Source: an uncultured Pseudomonadota bacterium
Lineage (GTDB): Bacteria > Pseudomonadota > Alphaproteobacteria > Rs-D84
NCBI GenBank assembly: GCA_949290785.1
Contig: CASETE010000012.1
Span: forward strand, 431-64,430
DNA length: 64,000 nt
Reading direction: 5' to 3'
Made by a program: the position numbers and the translations under genes. How positions within the stretch are numbered: the stretch's first letter is position 1; each line of letters opens with the position of its first letter. Of the stretch, positions 19,456-26,743 are shown piece by piece. The notes beneath the pieces are model-generated. The model saw nothing but the letters and a program-made list of their open reading frames with translations. It was not told the DNA's origin and searched no databases.

Positions 19456-19532
19456 GCGCCCATGGCTCAATTGGATAGAGCATCTGACTACGGATCAGAA
19501 GGTTGAGGGTTCGAATCCTTCTGGGCGCGCCA
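19456..19532 (+). tRNA. tRNA-Arg (ACG)
   Basis: Cloverleaf with acceptor gcgccca/tgggcgc, D-stem gctc/gagc, anticodon stem tctga/tcaga with loop ctACGga, T-arm gaggg-ttcgaat-ccttc, encoded CCA. Confidence 0.9.
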
Positions 19533-21062
19533 GGAATCAAAATCCCCCAAATTTTCATTAAAAATCGCGAAAATTGGCGACACTTTGGGGGTTCTAAATT
19601 TTTCTTGTTTATCGTATGAAAGTTTGTCTGGAAAACACAAAGTTAGAACCCCGCGTTTTTGATTCAAATCGCCAACCCGCCATATTTCCACCGGATGGAT
19701 TAAAAACTCGCACACTGTATCCAGCGCATAATCAAGTGGCATTTCGTTGGCATCCGTTGCTGTTATTTCGGATTCCAGACGCGTAATTTGCCCTGTAATG
19801 GTATTTATGCGTTCGCGACACATGTTTGCGATTTGTGGGTCATTTGAACTGTTCATCAGTAAATTAAACGCATTGTCCTTTTCTTTGTGCAGTTTGGCGA
19901 TTTCTGTTTGGCGTTGTTTTTGCTGTGCGGCGGTATCCGCGGTTATTTTATTGTATGTATCGGTAATTATTCCACGCGCCAGATTTACCAACGCTTTATC
20001 GGGTGTAATAGAACGCAGCAAACTTTCCATATCTGCGTGCAAATCATCGCGGCGTATTGATTTGCTGTGCATCGGACAATTTTTATTATAGCAGTGATAA
20101 TACATATAGCGTTTGCCACATTTACCGCGCGGTTTGTCTGCGGTCAATGGGCGACCACATGCGGCACATAATACCCAACGGCGCAATGGAAACGTCTCGT
20201 CATTCATATTGTGTTTGCGCCCACGCGTGGCCGATTTTTTACCATGCAGGCGGTCTTGTATCATTTGGAAAGTATCAATGCTGATTATTGGTTCTATGTG
20301 CCATTGCTGATATGGTATGCCCCATTGTGGGTATCCAAACCAACCGGTGTATTTTTCGTTTTTTAACATATTCTTTACAAAGTTGAGTGTCAACTGTATT
20401 GGACGCCCAAAAGAATCAATCAATATGGCACTGCGCATGCTTTCCATAACAGCCTTTTGTGTTGCCAGCCGTCCATATGCAAATCCCTCTAATGCCTCTT
20501 GTATAAATGTGGCGGTTGGGTCAAGCCGCACCCAATGAACCCGACCTTGGGTGCGGACTTTTTTATACCCCACGGGTGCATTTAATACCCAATACCCCTG
20601 TTTGGCATGTTCCATCATATTTGTTTTTGTGCGGTCTTTATTTTTTTGACGTTCATATTGGGCAACCGCAGCAGACACATATTCTATCAATTCGCTTTCT
20701 GCCGTTTCATCCATTTGCATGGTGACACTTTGAACAAGGTGGCCATGCTTCTTCATTTCTTGTCTAAATGTCGCATATAGGGCTGCATTTCGCGCAAAAC
20801 GGTTTATATCGTATGCCAACACAATATAAGGTGTTTTGACATGCCTTAAAAAGTTTAACATTTCATTAAACACGGGGCGATTTGCATCACTGCCAGACAT
20901 TCCGGGTTCTATATAAACAGTTTCAACAGGATATCCCTTGGTGCGCGCCCATGCCCGACATTGTTGTTCTTGGCTGTCCAGTCCGTTGCCTTCGGTGACT
21001 TGTTTTCGACTGGATACACGGCAATATATAATTACTTTTGGTGTAAATGCTTTTGTTTCCAT
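19488..21062 (-). CDS. Large serine recombinase (resolvase catalytic domain + recombinase domain + zinc ribbon + coiled coil)
   Basis: N-terminus VIIYCRVSSRKQ...YDINRFARN carries the catalytic Ser. The centre has C-x2-C...C-x4-C (LCAACGRPL...YYHCYNKNCP) and the C-terminus is coiled coil. The last 15 codons (WRAQKDSNPQPSDP) are encoded by the antisense of the tRNA-Arg 3' end. Confidence 0.9.
   Translation of the reverse strand: METKAFTPKVIIYCRVSSRKQVTEGNGLDSQEQQCRAWARTKGYPVETVYIEPGMSGSDANRPVFNEMLNFLRHVKTPYIVLAYDINRFARNAALYATFRQEMKKHGHLVQSVTMQMDETAESELIEYVSAAVAQYERQKNKDRTKTNMMEHAKQGYWVLNAPVGYKKVRTQGRVHWVRLDPTATFIQEALEGFAYGRLATQKAVMESMRSAILIDSFGRPIQLTLNFVKNMLKNEKYTGWFGYPQWGIPYQQWHIEPIISIDTFQMIQDRLHGKKSATRGRKHNMNDETFPLRRWVLCAACGRPLTADKPRGKCGKRYMYYHCYNKNCPMHSKSIRRDDLHADMESLLRSITPDKALVNLARGIITDTYNKITADTAAQQKQRQTEIAKLHKEKDNAFNLLMNSSNDPQIANMCRERINTITGQITRLESEITATDANEMPLDYALDTVCEFLIHPVEIWRVGDLNQKRGVLTLCFPDKLSYDKQEKFRTPKVSPIFAIFNENLGDFDSWRAQKDSNPQPSDP
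19513..19532 (+). repeat. attL core (3' 20 nt of tRNA-Arg)
   Basis: Identical to 25362-25381. Confidence 0.8.
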
Positions 21063-21473
21063 TGTTTTTGAGCCTCCAATACCAATGTATGAATTATCGG
21101 ATTCAGCGCTGAATAAATCTGCCTTATTTGGTCGTCATTGAACCGTTCGTGCCCAGCCCCCATTTGTTTCCTGCACCATTCAACACTTCTTTCATACATC
21201 GGCATCTTTACTCGTTTATCTATACTAATCCAGTCTTTTCTGCACTTATGCCTGTTATATATTCAGTATGTGTGCGGATTTTGAAATTCGCAACAAAAAA
21301 TCCGCAAAAAATTTGCGTAATATCAATATATTTTTCTTGATTTTTGAAAATCCAGCATAACAGCGCTGTTCATAAAATTGCTTGCACGGGATTTTTGTCC
21401 GTGATAAAGTAATTTTGACATGGCGGTTGCCGTGTTGGGCGTCAGAACCCATTTATACTCGGTGTCCGTGGGG

Positions 21474-21506
21474 ACAAAAAAAGCCTCCAATCATCATGGT
21501 TGGAGG
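21474..21506 (-). terminator. Hairpin + U-run on minus strand (also element 1 of a plus-strand leader structure)
   Basis: cctccaa-N9-ttggagg is preceded on the plus strand by an A7 run, so it reads as a T-run after the hairpin on the minus strand. Confidence 0.5.
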
Positions 21507-21563
21507 GCGGCGAATATATTGAATAAGCCCGCTATTTTCCGAGTATTATAGTTCTGAACCTCC

Positions 21564-21591
21564 AACCACCCGCTTTGTCAGGTGGTTTTTT
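21564..21591 (+). terminator. Leader terminator upstream of the island lipoprotein operon
   Basis: aaccacc-cgctttgtca-ggtggtt followed by tttt, ending 28 nt before ATG 21619. Confidence 0.5.
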
Positions 21592-21618
21592 GTTTGAACA
21601 AACAAGGGAGTTAAAACA

Positions 21619-22215
21619 ATGAAAAAAATATTTTTAATGCTGGCTATGTTAGCAGGATTGGGTGCATGTGCGTCTGGTATGCATGACGAAGTAATCGCAC
21701 GCAGCGATGAATTATCATCACGCCCATCGTGGGTCAAGGATGATGACCCCATAGAAGTAAAAAATGGCGATATGTTTGTGACCAGTATGGCAACTGTGCG
21801 CAGCGACCGTGCCAATATTGCCCAAGGATACAGAATAGCCGAAAATCAGGCAAAAACAGACTTGTCCAATGCGATAAAAACAGAAATCAAAACAAATTTT
21901 GTTGATGCCCAAGAAGGTGTTGAAGGCGACCAATATCGCACAGAATTTTTATCCATTGAAAAAAGTGAAATCGCATTTTCTGGTTTAACGCCTGCAAATC
22001 GTTATTGGGAAAAAGTATTGGTGACAAATGCTGATGGGGATAAAGAAATGGAATATCGTTTTTATGTTCGCATGAAAATCAAAGAATCTGATTTCAAAAA
22101 ACAGATGAACGATTTCTTGAACGGGAACAAAGGTCTGTCCGCGGAATTTAATAAACGCGTGACGGATACTGTTAATGAATTTACTATGTCCCACACCACC
22201 AGCACGGCAGAATAA
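21619..22215 (+). CDS. Lipoprotein, LPP20/FlgP-like (tentative)
   Basis: Lipobox LAGLGACAS with RBS AAGGGAG. The mature part shows an alpha/beta pattern with A.......A.......L...I (RIAENQAKTDLSNAIKTEI), as in LPP20-type lipoproteins. The family call is by eye. Confidence 0.65.
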   Translation: MKKIFLMLAMLAGLGACASGMHDEVIARSDELSSRPSWVKDDDPIEVKNGDMFVTSMATVRSDRANIAQGYRIAENQAKTDLSNAIKTEIKTNFVDAQEGVEGDQYRTEFLSIEKSEIAFSGLTPANRYWEKVLVTNADGDKEMEYRFYVRMKIKESDFKKQMNDFLNGNKGLSAEFNKRVTDTVNEFTMSHTTSTAE

Positions 22216-22217
22216 TC

Positions 22218-23936
22218 ATGAAAAAGTTGTTGTATATCGTGTTGTGCATTGGCGGCATCAGTGCCGCCAGTGCGGGGGATTGTGATTGGGCCACGGTCAC
22301 CCCACCAGACGACGCAAAGTATAAATATTTTGTGGCCAAATCGTATTCTGAAACCAGCGCAAGCGATGCCGCCAACAAGGCGGAACAAGATATAGACGCA
22401 CAAATTGGGCGTCTGTTTGGTACAAAACTGGATGTTCAATCAGAGTTTTATTCGGATGAAATCGGTGCGTCTGGCACCACCCGTTCGTATGAACGCGCCA
22501 TCGGTATGATAACATTAAAGGGGCTGGAACGGCAGCGCAGCGATGTTGAAGAAACAACAGATGGTTGGACAGGTTGCGTTCAATACAGATACTTAAAATC
22601 AGAAATAAATGCTGAAAAACAACGTCTGCAAAGTATGTCATCCGATGAATTGCAGGCATCTTTAAGATTTACAGAAGTTGTCGGCGATACACAATGCCGT
22701 GGAACGCCCGTAGAAATTGTGACTGTGCCTGCTGGGGCATATGTGACCATAGACAATGGCAGGTATCAGGGCTCGGCACCAATAAAATTTGGCAATGTAT
22801 GCAACGGCAAATATACATTGGAAATCACAAAAGAAAACTATGAACCCATAACGGAACAATTAATCGTGCCAACATCTGGCCGAATAACCAAAACATTAAA
22901 ACGCGGCACCAAGACAATCACGGTGCGTACCAGTTTGGGCGATTCAAATATCGCGGTTAATGGTGTTGATTATGGTAAAGAGCCAATTAAATTTAACGCG
23001 CCATTGGGCATAGAGCAAAGCATAACCGCCACCAATGCCGAGGCAGCACAAGTCACCCAAACGCGTACATTTTCATATGAATCAGATGATGAATACACGA
23101 TATCTATGTCTAAATTGCCGGGGAGGATAGATTTTTCTGCTTTTAAGGTTCGTAATCCTGGTGTTGAAATCAAGGTGGACGGCAATACCTTGACAGGTAA
23201 TGTTAGCAAGGAGTTGTCATCTACCGAGACGCATAAGGTTAGTTTCTCGAAAAGTGGTTTTTATAACATAACCGACAACATAGAAGTTACAGGTGGAGAA
23301 ACAATATATTATCCCAGTCAAACATTACAATTTTCAAAACACCCTGATGCAACAAGCGGTTTGTTTGGTGGTCTGGGGGTAAGTGCAGGCAGCGGTACAT
23401 TTGGGTACAATTTTGAGCTTGGTATAGACTATAAAACAAAGTATTTTTACACCGGTGTCGGTGCCCAAATAAATTATATGAAGTTGTCAAAAGCAACAAT
23501 GACATATGATTATTTCTTTTCTCATACCGCGGATATAGATATGTCTTATTGGGAGATACTATATCTTAATTTGGGCTTTAATGTTGGACGAAAATTATCA
23601 ATTTTTGGCATTGGTTCTCTTGGGCTATTAAGTATAAACGCGTTGAACAGTGCGACATCAGCCAGTTTGAATGTAAATGATAAATTAAAACCAATGTTCA
23701 GATATGGTCTGGGGTTGCAATATTCTATTCCATTGGGGCAAAGTGGTGAATGGGGGATACGATTGTCTTATTTGACGGGTAAAACACATTTGTCGCCATC
23801 AGATATTACTTTTAGCCATATGAATAACTATGACAACAGTACAATTGATGTAGACAATCAAGTATTTGATAGTTATCCCGAACAAATAAGCAGTTTCAAC
23901 ATCACATTTTTCTTGCGTGGTTTTACTGCATTATGA
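22218..23936 (+). CDS. Secreted PEGA-domain protein with C-terminal outer-membrane beta-barrel
   Basis: Signal peptide, then an N-terminal module resembling the upstream lipoprotein (ASDAANKAEQDIDAQIGRLFG). PEGA-like repeats follow (VEIVTVPAGAYVTIDNGRYQGSAPIKF...YTLEITKENYEP; ITVRTSLGDSNIAVNGVDYGKEPIKF). The last ~200 aa have alternating beta-strands. The start codon is 3 nt after the upstream stop. Confidence 0.7.
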   Translation: MKKLLYIVLCIGGISAASAGDCDWATVTPPDDAKYKYFVAKSYSETSASDAANKAEQDIDAQIGRLFGTKLDVQSEFYSDEIGASGTTRSYERAIGMITLKGLERQRSDVEETTDGWTGCVQYRYLKSEINAEKQRLQSMSSDELQASLRFTEVVGDTQCRGTPVEIVTVPAGAYVTIDNGRYQGSAPIKFGNVCNGKYTLEITKENYEPITEQLIVPTSGRITKTLKRGTKTITVRTSLGDSNIAVNGVDYGKEPIKFNAPLGIEQSITATNAEAAQVTQTRTFSYESDDEYTISMSKLPGRIDFSAFKVRNPGVEIKVDGNTLTGNVSKELSSTETHKVSFSKSGFYNITDNIEVTGGETIYYPSQTLQFSKHPDATSGLFGGLGVSAGSGTFGYNFELGIDYKTKYFYTGVGAQINYMKLSKATMTYDYFFSHTADIDMSYWEILYLNLGFNVGRKLSIFGIGSLGLLSINALNSATSASLNVNDKLKPMFRYGLGLQYSIPLGQSGEWGIRLSYLTGKTHLSPSDITFSHMNNYDNSTIDVDNQVFDSYPEQISSFNITFFLRGFTAL

Positions 23937-23993
23937 GACAAACATGCCAATCATTAACAATGGTACAAAAGACCCTATAAAACATAATAACAC

Positions 23994-24215
23994 ATGGAGA
24001 AAACAACAATGAAAACACCAGAATACACAGAACAGAAATCATTGGCAGATATGCTCGGTAAGACTAATATCTTACTGACTGCGATCGTTATATTGTTGGC
24101 GGTTGGTCTGATTGGTGATGTGTTGACATATTTCAACATCATAACACTGCCAGATCACATATACCATGGTTTTAATGCCATTTATGACCGAATGGGACGG
24201 ATGCGCGTGTATTAA
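23994..24215 (+). CDS. Small single-pass membrane protein (73 aa)
   Basis: TM segment ILLTAIVILLAVGLIGDVL. The C-terminal codons fall inside repeat copy 1. Confidence 0.45.
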   Translation: MEKTTMKTPEYTEQKSLADMLGKTNILLTAIVILLAVGLIGDVLTYFNIITLPDHIYHGFNAIYDRMGRMRVY

Positions 24216-24384
24216 ACACAATTGCCGACAGAATGCGACAAATAGCCGACAGCGCGTTTTTGCTGTTTTATGGTATGACGGTGGCATAAATTCGTTTTCG
24301 TTTGACGTCGGCCACGACAATGCGACTGTCGCTGTGTTATAAAATACACGCTGGGGTCATTTGTCACAGTGCCACATCATAACC
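24203..24384 (+). repeat. Island-internal repeat, copy 1 (with ~87-bp internal insertion)
   Basis: Segments 24203-24238 and 24326-24384 align to 24859-24953 (gcgcRtgtattaaacaYaaKtgccgacagaatgcga ... tgtcgctgtgttataaaataYRYgctggggtcatttgtcaca). Confidence 0.75.
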
Positions 24385-24476
24385 CGTGGCACTGATATTT
24401 AAAAAAAAGGAGATTTGATGGCAAAAAAACAAGAATAGTACTGGAAAGAAAAAGAAATGCATATGTTGGCAGGCTA

Positions 24477-24830
24477 GTGTCCTCGTCCGTTGTTATTGAT
24501 GATGCACTCAGTTTGAAACTTAAAAACGGCGAATCTAAAATAATTGAAGTGCCAAACGGTAAAACAGAGTTTGATATTCAAATATCAAATTCTTATAGTT
24601 TTCATATAAAAAACATACCGAGCGTGAAAAAAATTATATTACAGTATCGTCTTTTTGGCATTTCTTGTTCAGTAATATATCAAGATGGTCACGAATTTAA
24701 TGCTCCAAATAAAAATTCTGTGACATCTGTTAACAACACAATCATTTTAATAACCTCCTTGGTTATGCTGCTATTATTTTTACGTGGGCTGGGAAAGGCG
24801 ATAGCGGACATGATTTGGTTGTTTGGATGA
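24477..24830 (+). CDS. Hypothetical protein with C-terminal TM; 5' end probably disrupted by a frameshift in an A7 tract
   Basis: The ORF frame is open from 24396. The only good RBS+ATG (AAGGAG-N6-ATG at 24418) is in another frame and joins it if the A7 run 24423-24429 gains one A. Confidence 0.5.
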   Translation: MSSSVVIDDALSLKLKNGESKIIEVPNGKTEFDIQISNSYSFHIKNIPSVKKIILQYRLFGISCSVIYQDGHEFNAPNKNSVTSVNNTIILITSLVMLLLFLRGLGKAIADMIWLFG

Positions 24831-24858
24831 GCCAAGAACAATAACCCAATTCCGTGGG

Positions 24859-24953
24859 GCGCATGTATTAAACATAAGTGCCGACAGAATGCGATTGTCG
24901 CTGTGTTATAAAATATGTGCTGGGGTCATTTGTCACAATCCCACACCATAACC
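24859..24953 (+). repeat. Island-internal repeat, copy 2
   Basis: See copy 1. It is followed by C7 (24966-24972) and C6 (24978-24983) homopolymers. Confidence 0.75.
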
Positions 24954-25222
24954 ACATACCACATCCCCCCCACCATCCCCCCTAACATGTGTATCGCATC
25001 TGAATAACATCTGTGTGGATAAGCATGCTTTTATTATGGCAATGGTGTGAGTTCTAATCTTTCGTGGCGATTAAAGCAAACAAAACTGCGTGTCAAATAT
25101 CTGATTTAACGATTGCTTGGATGCACGCCAATATGTTTGATTTGCATATATATTGCGCACTGCGGCGTAATTCCGTGAACAAAGGGTTCGGACTTTGGAT
25201 ACCAATGGCGCGCCAGAAATTT

Positions 25223-25244
25223 AAACCGGCTGTATGCCGGTTTT
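25223..25244. terminator. Orphan hairpin terminator in the non-coding right arm of the island
   Basis: aaaccggc-tgtat-gccggtttt. Confidence 0.5.
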
Positions 25245-25361
25245 AATTTTGTTGCAAGCCCAAGGATTTGAACCCGACACAGAGGGTGCGACAATGAGTA
25301 GTTAAGCCAAGCTTTTGCGCAGGCGAAACGTTACGAATGCCCCGCAGGACACAGGCCGAGG

Positions 25362-25381
25362 GAATCCTTCTGGGCGCGCCA
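25362..25381 (+). repeat. attR core (orphan copy of tRNA-Arg 3' end)
   Basis: Exact 20/20 match to 19513-19532. The upstream gaggg also matches the tRNA T-stem, but the ttc of the T-loop is missing, so this is not a functional tRNA. Confidence 0.8.
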
Positions 25382-25403
25382 AAATAAATTTTATATTTCT
25401 TTA

Positions 25404-25432
25404 TAAAAAATAAAACCGCCGTAAAGGCGGTT
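25404..25432 (-). terminator. Terminator of cassette 1
   Basis: Minus strand reads aaccgcc-tttac-ggcggtt followed by a T-run, directly after the B1 stop. Confidence 0.75.
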
Positions 25433-25435
25433 GGT

Positions 25436-25747
25436 TTAACTTACGTTTGTACAAGGCGGCTCAAATTTATAAGTACCCGTTGAATCTGAACTGCCTGTCG
25501 AATAAAATATACAAAATGGATCATAATATGAAGATGGTACACATAAACCTTCTATACATTCTGGCACGTCTGCTATTGATTCAAACAAATTTATTTTTGT
25601 GGTGCCGGTTGGGCATGTACTACCACTTACAAGTCTGATTCCAACAACAGATTCCAATGTTGTTAATCCACAAGGACAACTTAAAGCAAATGCTTGCGAA
25701 AATGGAATTAATATGACGAATGCAAATATGACTATTATTTTTTTCAT
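25436..25747 (-). CDS. Secreted Cys-rich protein, family B (B1; cassette 1, position 3)
   Basis: Signal peptide MKKIIVIFAFVILIPFSQAFA. Motifs STCPTGTT, FCIFYS and DSTGTYKFEPPC are shared with B2 and B3. Confidence 0.8.
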   Translation of the reverse strand: MKKIIVIFAFVILIPFSQAFALSCPCGLTTLESVVGIRLVSGSTCPTGTTKINLFESIADVPECIEGLCVPSSYYDPFCIFYSTGSSDSTGTYKFEPPCTNVS

Positions 25748-25762
25748 TTTATTTATCCATTA

Positions 25763-26170
25763 TTATCGTTTTAATGTTTTTAATATGTTGTTTTTAAAAG
25801 TGGAATTGTTGTAAAACAACTGGGCACAACGTTGTGCACATGCGGCCTCGCACCAATCAAACTGCCCCCAAGATGTTGAGGTCATACGAACAAAATCGGA
25901 TATTGCCGGATATATCATTTTACACCAACAATAATAAGATGAACTGGATACCGTTGGGTTGGATGCCACCCTTGTAGAAGAACTGGAACATACACCAACA
26001 CCACGAATTGTTATTCCACTGCATGTAATCGTCCAATCTGGTTGATAGGTCGCAACATTCGGCGAAGTACACGATGTTGCGGATGTCATTTCCAGACACA
26101 TTGACACCGCCCAACTGGGTACAGACCATATAAATAAAAACAACATAAATATTAATTTTATTCCTTTCAT
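25763..26170 (-). CDS. Secreted Cys-rich protein, family A subtype II (A1; cassette 1, position 2)
   Basis: Start is at the internal ATG 26170 (MKGIKLIFMLFLFIWSVPSWA) with RBS AGGTGAAAGA. Motifs IRGVGVCSSS, YYCWCKM and WCEAACAQRC. Closest paralog by eye is 29194-29667. Confidence 0.8.
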   Translation of the reverse strand: MKGIKLIFMLFLFIWSVPSWAVSMCLEMTSATSCTSPNVATYQPDWTITCSGITIRGVGVCSSSSTRVASNPTVSSSSYYCWCKMIYPAISDFVRMTSTSWGQFDWCEAACAQRCAQLFYNNSTFKNNILKTLKR

Positions 26171-26192
26171 TTCTTTCACCTGTACGAATTGA

Positions 26193-26615
26193 TTAAAATA
26201 CATAATATTCTGTAGCACACCTTTGTGGACATTTCGCAGCACAAGTCTTATTATCGCCATAACTTTGTAGATATTCCCAATCTGTTATTTCTGGTCTGAT
26301 TGTCTTGCACCAACAATGCAGCGTATTTGGTGAATTGCCTAATTTTACCTGACTTGCCGACGTAAAGCACATGCCAAAGCCAAAAACCTGCATTCGTGGT
26401 CCCAGATACGTAGCATTATTGCTGTCATAATATTGAATTTCTTTTGTCCATATGTAATTACTTCCGCTGTACGACATAACCTTGAAAGAAGCACCAACTA
26501 TAGACACCCTTTGTGAAAAATTATTTAAACACATTTTTATGGTTGTTGCGGAAAATGCGGGTGTTAATGCCGCCATACATATCGCGCTGAACAAAAACAA
26601 TCTTGTTAATTTCAT
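26193..26615 (-). CDS. Secreted Cys-rich protein, family A subtype I (A2; cassette 1, position 1)
   Basis: Start is at ATG 26615 (MKLTRLFLFSAICMAALTPAFS). Motifs KMCLNNF, FGFGMCFTS, HCWCKT and TCAAKCPQRC. Confidence 0.8.
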   Translation of the reverse strand: MKLTRLFLFSAICMAALTPAFSATTIKMCLNNFSQRVSIVGASFKVMSYSGSNYIWTKEIQYYDSNNATYLGPRMQVFGFGMCFTSASQVKLGNSPNTLHCWCKTIRPEITDWEYLQSYGDNKTCAAKCPQRCATEYYVF

Positions 26616-26663
26616 TGAAGTACTGACCCCCACATATATTAGAAACCTTTATATCGTAACCTT

Positions 26664-26693
26664 ATGATAAAAAAAACATACATTTAAAGTCAA
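26664..26693 (-). promoter_or_regulatory. Sigma70-like promoter of cassette 1 (TTGACT-18-TATCAT)
   Basis: Minus strand reads tcttgactttaaatgtatgttttttttatcat. It is homologous to the cassette 3 promoter region. Confidence 0.55.
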
Positions 26694-26743
26694 GACATAA
26701 AAACATTTTCCAAAACATAAATTTTTTTATATCATACTTCAAT

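Larger units (their letters stand above)
19513..25381. mobile_element. Integrated genomic island at tRNA-Arg 3' end (serine-recombinase type), about 5.87 kb
   Basis: The exact 20-bp direct repeat gaatccttctgggcgcgcca occurs at 19513-19532 (inside the intact tRNA) and 25362-25381 (orphan copy). The recombinase gene lies immediately next to the tRNA, and cargo genes are unrelated to the flanking housekeeping genes. Confidence 0.75.

Noticed and set aside
21255-21452. 65-aa minus-strand ORF, and plus-strand ORFs 20938-21141 and 21128-21340, upstream of the recombinase
   Set aside because: They have no RBS and implausible composition. The region is better explained as regulatory (palindromes and hairpins).
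21415-21459. Candidate promoter (TTGACA at 21415; TATACT at 21454) for the island lipoprotein leader
   Set aside because: The two hexamers are 33 nt apart, and neither has a properly spaced partner. I cannot support a specific promoter call here.
25064-25246. 60-aa GTG-initiated ORF in the right arm of the island
   Set aside because: It has no RBS, uses an unusual start and ends inside an orphan hairpin. It is more likely decayed sequence. It is kept only as context for the att-fragment finding.
25251-25381. Possible tRNA or (two-piece) tmRNA gene ending in ...ccttctgggcgcgcca
   Set aside because: The T-loop is broken (gaggg directly followed by aatcc). No acceptor 5' strand, D-arm, anticodon arm or tag reading frame could be found. 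The 3' 20 nt are identical to tRNA-Arg, so this is an att duplication rather than an RNA gene.
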